Origin: an uncultured Actinomycetes bacterium
Lineage (GTDB): Bacteria > Actinomycetota > Thermoleophilia > Gaiellales > Gaiellaceae
Direction: 5' to 3'
DNA: 64,000 nucleotides
Assembly (NCBI GenBank): GCA_963803325.1
Contig: CAWDLU010000002.1
Coordinates: 154,982-218,981 of the forward strand
Position numbers and translations under genes: made by a program. This document shows, piece by piece, positions 42,056 to 51,200 of this stretch; position 1 is the first letter of the stretch, and each line of letters starts with the position of its first letter. The notes beneath the pieces were generated by a model. It was not told where the DNA came from. It was given only the letters and a program-made list of their open reading frames with translations, and made no database searches.

Positions 42056-45004
42056 CTACTCCGCGGCGAGGCGCTCGCGCGCGAGCGCGCGCAGCGGGCC
42101 GATCGGCACGCAGAGGTCGCAGGCCCAGAGCCGTGCCGTTCCGTCGTCTCCGACAGTGAGGACGAGCTTGCCGTCGGGGCTGAAGACCGCGCTTTCGACC
42201 GGGCGGCGGTGACCTCTGAGGGTGTCGACTCGGTGGCCGCTGGCGGTGTCCCAGAGCCGCGCCGTCCCGTCGTCGCCGGCGGTGAGGACGAGCTTGCCGT
42301 CGGGGCTGAAGACGGCGCCGTAGACGGGGCCGCTGTGGCCGCTGAGCGTGCGGACGGGATCGCCGCCGGCCGTCTTCCAGAGCCGGGCGGTCCCGTCGTC
42401 GCCGGCGGTGAGGACGAGCTTGCCGTCGGGGCTGAAGACGGCGCCGTAGACGGGGCCGCTGTGGCCGCTGAGCGTGTGGACAGGGTTGCCGGTGGCGGTA
42501 ATCCAGAGCCGCGCGGTCCCGTTGGACCCGTCGCTGCCGGCAGTGAGGACGAGCTTGCCGTCGGGGCTGAAGACGGCGCTCGTGACGGGACCCTTGTGGG
42601 TGAAGGTGTGGTCGGGGGCGATGGGGTGGCCGGGGCTGCCGCCGGCGGTTCTCCAGAGCCGTGCCGTCCCGTCATCGCTGGCGATGAGGACGAGCATGCC
42701 GTCGGCACTGAAAAGCGCACTGGAGACGGTGCCGTCGTAGCCCTTCAGGATGGGTCCCGGGAGGCCGTCGGCAGTGTCCCACAGCTGCGCCTTTCGACCG
42801 ACGGTGAGGACGAGCTTGCCGTCGGGGCTGAAGACGGCTGTGGAGGCGGTCCCGCCGTGGCCGAGAGTGTGGACGGGGTCGTCGCTTGCAGCGTCCCAGA
42901 GCCGCGCGGTCCCGTCGTCGCCGGCGGCGAGGACGAGCGTGCCGTCGCGGCTGAAAACGGCACTGGTGACGGCGACGCGCTGGCCGATGAGGGTGTGGCC
43001 CGCTTCGCCGCCGGGCGTCTTCCAGAGACGCGCCTTCCGACCGGCGGTGAGGACGAGCGTACCGTCGGGGCTGAAGACGGCGCTGTGGACGGGGTCCTTG
43101 GAGCCGCCGAGGATGATCGGGCGGTCGCCGCCGACGTCCCAGAGCCGCGCAGTCGTGTCGTCGCCGGCGGTGAGGACGAGCTTGCCGTCGGGGCTGAAGA
43201 CGGCGCTGTGGATCGGGTCCTTGTCTGCGCTGAGCGTGTCGATGGGGTCGCCGGTGGCCGTATCCCAGAGCCTCGCCGCCCCGTCGGCGCCGGCGGTGAG
43301 GACGTGCGCGCCGTCCGGGCTGAAGACGGCGCCGGCCACGAGCTTGCCGTGGTGACCGTTGAGAGTGTGGACGAGGTGGCCGCTCGCGGTCCTCCAGAGT
43401 CGCGCAGTTCCGTCGTCGCCGGCGGTGAGGACGAGCTTGCCCCGGGGGCTGAAGACGGCGCTGGAGACGCGGCCGCGGTGGCCGTGGAGGGTGCGGATGG
43501 GCTCGCCGCTGGCCGTCTGCCAGAGCTGCGCCGTTCCGTCGTCGTCGGCGGTGAGGACGAGCGTGCCGTCGGGACTGAGGACCGCGCTGTGAACCGGGCC
43601 GTGGTGGCCGCTGAGGGTGTGGACGAGGCGGCCGGTCGCAGTCCTCCAGAGCCGCGCCGTCCCGTCGGTGCCTGCGGTCAGGACGAGCTTGCCGTCGCGG
43701 CTGAAGACGGCGCTGGAGACAAGGCCGTGGTGGCCCTTGAGGGTGTGGACGAGGTGGCCGCTCGCAGTCGTCCAGAGCCTCGCGGTTCCGCCGGCGCCTG
43801 CGGTGAGGACGAGCTTGCCGTCGCGGCTGAAGACGGCGCTGGAGACAAGGCCGTGGTGGCCGCTGAGGGTGTGGACGAGGTGGCCACCGGCGGTCTTCCA
43901 GAGCCTCGCCGTTCCGTCGGCGCCGGCGGTGAGGACGAGCTTGCCCCGGGGGCTGAAGACGGCGGTGGAGACGGGCTTGCCATGGTGGCCCTTGAGGATG
44001 GGGCCGGGCTCACCGCCGACCGTGTCCCAGAGCCGTGCGGTCCCGTCCTCGCCCGCGGTGAGGACGAGCTTGCCGTCGGGGCTGAAGACTGCGCTCGAGA
44101 CGGCAAGCCTGTTACCCCGGAGCGTCCTGCGGAGCAGGTCCGCGGCGAGCGCCACCCGCAGCGCGCCTTCCGCCTCGCGTGTCGGCGACGTCTCCGCCGC
44201 TCTCCCTGCCAGTGCGAGCGCCGCCGAAGGATCCGCGTCGACAGCTGCAACCGACTGCCCCGCCAGTGCCCGCGACTCTCCGATGAGAGCCTGGTCGCGG
44301 GCCCGCACTGTAAGCACGGCGAGGGTCGCTGCACCGATCGCCAGTGCTGCGAGCAGCGCCCCGGCTGACCAGGCGAGGCGCAAAATGCGCCTGTGCTGGG
44401 TGATGTCCTCGCCGAGCAGCGTGTCCTTGTCGCGGCCGTGGATCGGCGCAGCGATGTCGGCGATCGCGTTGCGGAAGTCGGGCTGGCGGAGCGACACGTC
44501 CGATTCGGCGCGCGCGAAGCGGAGGTCGATCCAGAAGGGCTCGGAGGCGAACGCGTGCTCGAGCGCGCGTGGCAGCGCGGTCGTCCGCTGCCAGTCGAGA
44601 TCGCCGGTGTGTTCGTCCCAGGCGATCTCACCGTCGGTCAGCGCGATCAGAAAGGTGTCGATCGACTTGTGCTCGCGCCAGTAGCCGATCTCCTTGCCGA
44701 CCCACTCCGACTCGGCCGCGTCCGGTGAAGCCAGCAGGACGAAGAACCGCGACCCGGCCAGCGCGCGTTCGATCCCCGACCAGAGCGCAGGCGTCGCCGA
44801 CAGGCTCGTCTGGTCGCGGAATACGCGCAGCGCGTTCAGCCGGTACCACGGCTTCGCAAATCGGCGTAGCCCGCGCTGAAGCGACGGCGCGAGCCTTCCG
44901 TCGGCCGCGTGGCTGTAGGAGATGAACGCGTCGTACCCGGCCGCACCGTCCGGCGAGCGTGCCCGCCGCCGGCGGAGCGAGTACCTACGGGCCGGGCGGC
45001 TCAT
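42056..45004 (-). CDS. TIR - hydrophobic helix - WD40 repeat protein (982 aa) with highly homogenised blades
   Basis: 'YDAFISYSHAADGRL...SEWVGKEIGYW' (TIR). Helix 'LAWSAGALLAALAIGAATLAVLTV'. About 16 blades of consensus 'TLxGHxGxVxSAVFSPDGKLVLTAGDDGTARLWxTAxGxxVx', several identical at the DNA level. C-terminal 'RLWACDLCVPIGPLRALA'. Confidence 0.85.
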   Translation of the reverse strand: MSRPARRYSLRRRRARSPDGAAGYDAFISYSHAADGRLAPSLQRGLRRFAKPWYRLNALRVFRDQTSLSATPALWSGIERALAGSRFFVLLASPDAAESEWVGKEIGYWREHKSIDTFLIALTDGEIAWDEHTGDLDWQRTTALPRALEHAFASEPFWIDLRFARAESDVSLRQPDFRNAIADIAAPIHGRDKDTLLGEDITQHRRILRLAWSAGALLAALAIGAATLAVLTVRARDQALIGESRALAGQSVAAVDADPSAALALAGRAAETSPTREAEGALRVALAADLLRRTLRGNRLAVSSAVFSPDGKLVLTAGEDGTARLWDTVGGEPGPILKGHHGKPVSTAVFSPRGKLVLTAGADGTARLWKTAGGHLVHTLSGHHGLVSSAVFSRDGKLVLTAGAGGTARLWTTASGHLVHTLKGHHGLVSSAVFSRDGKLVLTAGTDGTARLWRTATGRLVHTLSGHHGPVHSAVLSPDGTLVLTADDDGTAQLWQTASGEPIRTLHGHRGRVSSAVFSPRGKLVLTAGDDGTARLWRTASGHLVHTLNGHHGKLVAGAVFSPDGAHVLTAGADGAARLWDTATGDPIDTLSADKDPIHSAVFSPDGKLVLTAGDDTTARLWDVGGDRPIILGGSKDPVHSAVFSPDGTLVLTAGRKARLWKTPGGEAGHTLIGQRVAVTSAVFSRDGTLVLAAGDDGTARLWDAASDDPVHTLGHGGTASTAVFSPDGKLVLTVGRKAQLWDTADGLPGPILKGYDGTVSSALFSADGMLVLIASDDGTARLWRTAGGSPGHPIAPDHTFTHKGPVTSAVFSPDGKLVLTAGSDGSNGTARLWITATGNPVHTLSGHSGPVYGAVFSPDGKLVLTAGDDGTARLWKTAGGDPVRTLSGHSGPVYGAVFSPDGKLVLTAGDDGTARLWDTASGHRVDTLRGHRRPVESAVFSPDGKLVLTVGDDGTARLWACDLCVPIGPLRALARERLAAE

Positions 45005-45016
45005 CGGCCGGCACTT

Positions 45017-46135
45017 CTAGGCGGGGAAGCCGGCGAAGTGCTCGCGTTTCACCTTCGAGGCGACCGCGCGGCCGACCTGCTGGAGCTCGGCCACGTGCTC
45101 GATCGAGTCGAGCCGCTGCACCTCGGCCGGGTTGATGTCGGGCACACCGAGGAGCGTCAGGCCTTCCTTCGACAGCTCGCCGTTGTAGCGGGCGTAGGTG
45201 AAGAGCTTCGGCTCGACGGGCCCTCGCACAGTGGCGAGGTCGCCGACCTCGCGGTCGAGCGGGTCGCCTGCGAGGCAGCGGCCGAAGACCCGGCAGAGCA
45301 GGTCCTGCTCGTTCAGCGCGGCGCCCATCAGGGCGGCGGGGATCGAGCCGGCGTTGTAGAGCAGGTTCATCTCGTCCGGCCGGAGGTTCACGTTCGCGCG
45401 CGGGTTCGTTCCCGTGCCGATCGAGACCAGCAGCATCTGCTCCTCGCCCGTCGCCCAGCCGAGGCCGTACGGCTCCACCGTCGCCATCAGGAAGAGCTGG
45501 AACGCCGGGTTATTGTACATCGTCACGCCGCCGTCGACGAAGACGAACGACTGCCCGCCGCCGATGTCGATCACCTCCGGCGGGAAAAAGGTGGGCGCCG
45601 CCGTGCTCGCGCGCACGAGCTGCCAGAGCGGGAGGTCGAGATTCCGGAACGGGCGGTCGGGCAGGTTGTACCGCGCCGCCGGGTTGTTCGAGAGCGGCCA
45701 GGGCGAGTCGGTCGTCGCGTTGCGCACGACGACCAGCAGCAGCGTTCTGAGCCGGTCGCTGCCGAGTGTCGTGTCCTCGCCGAGCTCTTTCCGCAGACGC
45801 CTGGCGAGGTGGTCGTCCTCGTACTTGTAACGGAAGCGCGCCAGCACCCTTGCCTTGTCGAACATGTCGGTGGCGTTCTCGACGTAGAAGTCGCGGATCC
45901 GCTCGGCGGACATCCCGACAGAGAGGCAGGTCGCGATCACCGCGCCGGTGCTCGTGCCGGCGATGTAGTCGAAGTAGTCGGCGAGGACGAACTCCCTGCC
46001 GCCGCCGCAGTCTTCGCGCAGAAGCCGCTCGATCTCGGCCAGCACCTCGATCGTGATCAGCCCGCGGATGCCGCCGCCGTCGAGTGCAAGCAGCTTGCGC
46101 GGGCCGGCCTTCGCGAGCTTGTCGGCCACCGTCAT
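45017..46135 (-). CDS. Patatin-like phospholipase
   Basis: From ATG 46135: oxyanion 'LALDGGGIRGL', nucleophile elbow 'IAGTSTGA' (GxSxG), and the catalytic Asp context 'FVDGGVTMYNNP'. Stop lies 12 nt before the TIR-WD40 start. Confidence 0.85.
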   Translation of the reverse strand: MTVADKLAKAGPRKLLALDGGGIRGLITIEVLAEIERLLREDCGGGREFVLADYFDYIAGTSTGAVIATCLSVGMSAERIRDFYVENATDMFDKARVLARFRYKYEDDHLARRLRKELGEDTTLGSDRLRTLLLVVVRNATTDSPWPLSNNPAARYNLPDRPFRNLDLPLWQLVRASTAAPTFFPPEVIDIGGGQSFVFVDGGVTMYNNPAFQLFLMATVEPYGLGWATGEEQMLLVSIGTGTNPRANVNLRPDEMNLLYNAGSIPAALMGAALNEQDLLCRVFGRCLAGDPLDREVGDLATVRGPVEPKLFTYARYNGELSKEGLTLLGVPDINPAEVQRLDSIEHVAELQQVGRAVASKVKREHFAGFPA

Positions 46136-46137
46136 CG

Positions 46138-48168
46138 TCAGACGTCCATCCTCGTCGGGTTGACGATCGCAAAGCGGCTGCTCATCTGCTCGGCTCTCCG
46201 GGCGAAGTCGGAGGTCCCGCCGGGCCCGTCGCCCGTCGGCTTCTCGTCCCAGACCATGATTGTCGAGATCCGGCCGTTGGGCGCCTCCACCCGAGCCGTG
46301 TCGAGGATCCAGAGATTGGTGCGCGCGAAGACGTCCAGCCCGGCGGGAGGGTCGCCGAGCCGGTCCGGCTGCACGGCGACCTCGGCACGCTCGAGCACCT
46401 GGTGGAACCGCTCCTCCCACCGGCCGGCATCGCCGCGAAGCCGCACCGACCTCGCGAGGAACTCCGGCTCGGGGAGGGCGAGCAGGATCCGCACATCCGC
46501 ATCCAGCTCGAGTGCGAGCTCGGCGAACAGCAGGTCGGCGCCGCGGGCCCCGCCGCTGATCGCGAGCGTTCCTGGCCCGACCGACGCAGCCTCGAGCTCG
46601 TGCCGCATCCGCTTCCGAACCGCATCCTCCTTCTCCGGCGGAAACCGGGGTTCCGGGCGGTCCGGCGCGTCGATCATGTGGCCGCTGCAGACGATCACGT
46701 TGCCGTAGCGCTTCGCCGGCGGCGCGACGCGGTCCCGGATCGGCTCGAGGGCGGCCCGAACCTTCGCTACAGCTTCGCCCCGAAAGCCGAGCTCCTCGTA
46801 CAGGCTCAGCTGGGAGAGCATCGACTCGAGCTGAAACAGGGTTGCGCCGGGCGCGGCCAGTGCCTCCAGGTACAGCTCGACCGCGCGATCCGAGTTGCCG
46901 GCAAGCAGATCGAGCTCGCCGAGCGTCGACGCGGGCCAGACGACCGCGTCCTCCGCACCCGTGTCGTATGCGCGCCGCCGGGCCTCGGCCGCCGCCACGC
47001 GGACGCACGCGGCCAGGTCGTCGCTGTTCTCGGTGGCGGGCCCTTCCGGGTCGGCGGCCGCTCCCACGTGCTCGAGGAGCTGCGTCAGCCCGACGACGTT
47101 GATCCCGTTGTAGTACGACTCGAGGTCTCGCCGGTGCGCGCGGCGGTAGCTGCGGATCGCCAGTCGTGCCTGTGCCGCCGACTCGCGGGCGATCGCCCGC
47201 CGCTGATCGGGGTCGCCGACACCACTCCAGAGCGCGCGCCAGGCGTCCTTGTAGATGCGGCCGAGCGCGCCGTGAGACTCCGGATCGTCGGGTCGCCCCT
47301 CGAGCACGGTTGCAATCCGCTGCTCGGCCTCGGCCGCCCGGCCGAGCCGACCGAGGACGAGGGCGAGGATGCGCATCGCGCCGAGATTGCCGGGATCGAA
47401 GTCGAGCAGTTCGTCGAGGACGCTCTCCGCGACGTCGAACCGCTGGAGCTCGACCAGCGCACGCGCCGCCTCGGTCAGAAGCTTGCCCCGGTGGAACCGC
47501 GTCGGCGCGTCACGCGCGAGCGTCAGGACGTCGCCGGCGTGCCCGTTCCGGCGCGCGATGCGCACCCGTGCCTGCCAGTCGTCCAGAACGCCCTGGAAGT
47601 ACTTTGCGGTCGCCGTCTCGATCCCGCTCCAGTCCGCAGGCCGAAGCCCCCGCAGCGTCAGGTAGACAGGGCTGCCGATCGTCCGGCCGTCGGTGGCCAG
47701 CGCTTGCCGGAACACCACCCCGAGGCGCTTCGCCTCGGCGGCGACCCGTTCCGCCCACGCGTCGCCGCGTCTGGCGGCGGCCAGGAAGAGCGATCCGTCG
47801 TAGCTGAACGTGCGATCGGGGGCGACGTCGAACGGGCGGGGAATCCAGCCCGCGGTGATCATGAACACGCCGCGCTCGGCGACGCCGTGGCGGATGCCGA
47901 GCTCGTAGAAGACGTTCGGGTTCAGGATCGAGATGTCCGCGACCACGAGGTCGGCCGTGACCAGCTCGAAGTACATGTCGGTCCGGATGTCGCCGGCGCC
48001 CGGCTCCTCGTCCGCGCGGAACGGGTCGCAGCCCGCCTCGCGGAGCGCCGGTGCGATCACGAGCCCGTACAGCTCGTTGAAGTCGACGGTCACGGTTCGG
48101 CCTCGCTGCGTCGGTGACGGCACCTTGCGCTTCCCGAACGGCATCGCGACAAACGCGCGCGGCAGCAT
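46138..48168 (-). CDS. Three-part protein: N-terminal flavodoxin-fold DUF4071/nucleoside-deoxyribosyltransferase/TIR-like domain, TPR-like helical middle, C-terminal SLOG-like Rossmann domain
   Basis: From ATG 48168: 'MLPRAFVAMPFGKRKVP...VDFNELYGLVIAPALREAG...ADISILNPNVFYELGIRHG'. The middle is a helical repeat region ('ARALVELQRFDVAESVLDELLDFDPGNLGAMRILALVLGRLGRAAEAEQ'). C-terminal 'NVIVCSGHMIDAPDRPEPRFP...LAISGGARGADLLFAELALELDADVRILLALP'. Stop TGA lies 2 nt before the patatin ATG. Domain names are from memory of the families. The tracked ORF starts at 48264. Confidence 0.65.
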   Translation of the reverse strand: MLPRAFVAMPFGKRKVPSPTQRGRTVTVDFNELYGLVIAPALREAGCDPFRADEEPGAGDIRTDMYFELVTADLVVADISILNPNVFYELGIRHGVAERGVFMITAGWIPRPFDVAPDRTFSYDGSLFLAAARRGDAWAERVAAEAKRLGVVFRQALATDGRTIGSPVYLTLRGLRPADWSGIETATAKYFQGVLDDWQARVRIARRNGHAGDVLTLARDAPTRFHRGKLLTEAARALVELQRFDVAESVLDELLDFDPGNLGAMRILALVLGRLGRAAEAEQRIATVLEGRPDDPESHGALGRIYKDAWRALWSGVGDPDQRRAIARESAAQARLAIRSYRRAHRRDLESYYNGINVVGLTQLLEHVGAAADPEGPATENSDDLAACVRVAAAEARRRAYDTGAEDAVVWPASTLGELDLLAGNSDRAVELYLEALAAPGATLFQLESMLSQLSLYEELGFRGEAVAKVRAALEPIRDRVAPPAKRYGNVIVCSGHMIDAPDRPEPRFPPEKEDAVRKRMRHELEAASVGPGTLAISGGARGADLLFAELALELDADVRILLALPEPEFLARSVRLRGDAGRWEERFHQVLERAEVAVQPDRLGDPPAGLDVFARTNLWILDTARVEAPNGRISTIMVWDEKPTGDGPGGTSDFARRAEQMSSRFAIVNPTRMDV

Positions 48169-48266
48169 CCGCTCGTCCTGTGAGCTCACAGGCGGCCGCC
48201 TCTGGCAGTCATCGCAATCGAGAGCGTACGCTCCCCGCTGTGGACGCGAGCGGAAGGTGATCACGC

Positions 48267-51200
48267 GTGGCCGGTGTCTTCATCAGCTACCGGCGTAGCG
48301 ACACGGCCCCGTACGCAGCGCGTCTGAAAGTACGCCTCGACTCCGAGTTCGGCGACGGGTACGTCTTCATGGACGTCGACTCGCTCAGACCCGGGGAGCC
48401 GTTTCCAAAGGTGATCGAGCAGACGATCGCGTCCACCGAGGCCGTGCTCGCCCTGATCGGGCCCGACTGGCTGACCGTGACCGGCGCCGACGGGCGGCGC
48501 CGGCTCGACAACCCCGGCGACTTCGTCCGGATCGAGCTGGCGACCGCCTTCCGGCAGGGGCGGGTCGTGATCCCGGTGCTGCTCGAGAACGCCTCGATGC
48601 CGCACGCGGTCGAGCTCCCCGAGCCGCTCGCTGCCCTCGCGGAGCGGCACGCGATCGAGCTCGGGGACAAGGGCTGGGACGGTGACGTTGCCCGCCTCGT
48701 GCAGCGCCTCGAGGAGGTTGTCGACACGATTCCGCCCCGCCCGTACCCGGGCATGGTCGCGTTCGGGCGAGCCGATGCCGCTCGGTTCTTCGGGCGGGAG
48801 AAGGAGGTCGGCGAGATCGAGGACCGGCTCGCCTCGCAGCGGTTCCTGTGCCTCGTCGGCCCATCCGGGTGCGGCAAGTCGTCGCTGATCGCGGCGGGCG
48901 TGCTTGCCGACCTCGAGCGCACGCAGGCGGTTCGTTGGGCTGTGCGCACCATGCGGCCGGGGGGAGCGCCGATGCGTTCGCTCGGCGAGGCGCTCGGTGC
49001 CGAGCTCGATCACACGGCCACGCCCGAGGCGGTCGGGCGGGCGGCCGGACAGGCGATCGCCTCCCAGCAAGAGGCGGCGCGGCTGCTGCTCGTGGTCGAC
49101 CAGCTCGAGGAGCTGTTCGCGCAGGCCGGCTCGGACGAGCAGGCGCGGTTCGTCGCCGCGCTCGAGGCGATCCACGAGGTCGACGAGGCCTCGATCGTGC
49201 TGGCGATCCGAGCCGACTTCTACGGCGAGTTGATGGAGAGCGCGCTCTGGCCGCTCGTCGAGGGAGGCAAGGTCGACGTGCCCCCACTCACCGGCGACGC
49301 TCTCGCCGAGGCGATCGTCGAGCCGGCGAAGGCCTGCCACGTGACGATCGAGCCCGACCTGCTCGAGCGACTGCTGGCGGACGCAGGCAACGAGCCCGGA
49401 GCGCTGCCGCTCCTCCAGGAGGCGCTCGTACGCCTGTGGGGGTCGATGCACCTGCACCGGATCTCGCTCGCCGCCTACGAGCAAATCGGCGAGGGCCGCG
49501 GCGGCCTGTCCGCCGCCGTCGCCGAAACGGCCGACGCGGCGCTGGCGGCGCTCTCGCCCAAGCAAGTGTCGATCGCCAAGCGCGTGCTGCTCCGGCTGGT
49601 TCAGTTCGGGCAGGGCCGTCCGGACACGCGCCGCCGGCTCGCCTTCGAGGACCTGCGCAGCGAGGGCGACGACGACCGCGCGCTCGAGGAGGTGCTCGAC
49701 AGCCTCGCCCGCTCCCGCCTCGTCACGCTCGCCGGCTCGGCCACCCCGGGCGCGGGCGGTGAACTGGTCGACCTCGCCCACGAGGCGCTGATCGCCGGGT
49801 GGCCGACGATGCGCGAATGGCTGGCCGAGCGACGCGACGCCGAGCAGGCTCGCCGGCGGCTCGAGGGTCACGTTGCGACCTGGGAGGAGCACGACCGCAC
49901 CGCCGCCTTCCTCGACGAGGTCGAGCTGCGGGAGGCCCAGGGCTGGCTCGCCGGCCCCGACGCGCGAGAGCTCGGGGTCCCGCGCGGCCTGCCCGAGCTC
50001 GTCGCGGTGAGCGCCGCCAAGCTGCGCCGCCGCCGCCGTCTCCGCCGCGCTGCGATCGCCGGTCTCGCCGGCCTGCTGATCGCGGCGATCGTGCTCGCGG
50101 GCGTCTTCCTGCGGGCACGCAACGACGCCATTCACCGGGCCAACGTCGCGCTCTCGCGCGAGCGGGCGGCCGGTGCGCTCGCGGCTCTCTCCGTCGACCC
50201 GCACCACAGCCTGCGGCTCGCGCTCCAGGCTGTCGACGCGCTCAGGGCGGACCGCTCCGCCACGGCGGCGGACCGCCAGGAGGCCGAGGCGGCCCTGCGG
50301 GACGCGGTCCGCGCGTCACGGGTTCGCGCGCTGCTGAAAGGGCACACGGCCGAGGTCGTGTCGGCGCACTTCGACGCGAGCGGCCGGCGCGTCGTCACCG
50401 CCGGCTGGGACGGGACAGCGCGCGTATGGGATGCGCGCACCGGTAGAGCCGAGGCGGTGATGCGTACCGGCGCGGTTCAACTCGAGACAGCCGCCTTCGA
50501 TCCCGACGGGACGCGTGTGATCACGGCCCAAGACGACGGCACCGCCCGCGTGTGGAACGCCGGGACCGGAGCCCCTCTGGCGGTGCTTCGCCACGAACCG
50601 CGCTCGAAGGTGCTCGATGCCGGCTTCAGCGCTGACGGCCGCTTCGTCGTCACCGCCGGCTCCGACGGGACCGCGCGCGTCTGGGACGCGAGCACCTGGC
50701 GGCCGGAGACGACGCTCGGCCGTGTCGGCGGGCCGGAGATCCGGCGCGCGGTCTTCAGCCGCGACGGCTCGCTGGTGGCGACCGCCGGACGCGACGGATT
50801 CGCCGTCGTCTGGAGCACGTCCACCGGCAGGTCGCTTGCCCGGCTCCGGCACGGGGCCGCGGTCGGATCGGTGCGCTTCGGCCCTGACCGGTCGATCGTG
50901 ACCGCGAGCGACGACGGCACCGCGCGGGTCTGGTGTCCGTTCGCGCGCGAAGCGAAGCCGGTCGTGCTCCGCGGGCACCAGGGCGTGGTCACCGACGCCG
51001 AGTTCAGCCCCGACGGCACGCGCGTCGTCACGGCGAGTCTCGACGGCACGGCGCGGTTGTGGAGCCCGCGGACGGGCGAGGAGCTCACCGTCCCGCTCAC
51101 ACACGGCGGCGCGGTCCGCACCGCGACGTTCAGCCCCGACGGGACGCGTGTCGTCACGGCGAGCGCCGACCAGACCGCCCGAATCTGGGACGCCCGCACG

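Noticed and set aside
42056-44100. Regular repeat periodicity of about 126 bp that could superficially suggest a CRISPR or other non-coding array.
   Set aside because: The period is exactly 42 codons, in frame within a long ORF. Each unit translates to a WD40 blade (GH...WD-like 'ARLW'). There are no unique spacers, and no cas genes or leader.
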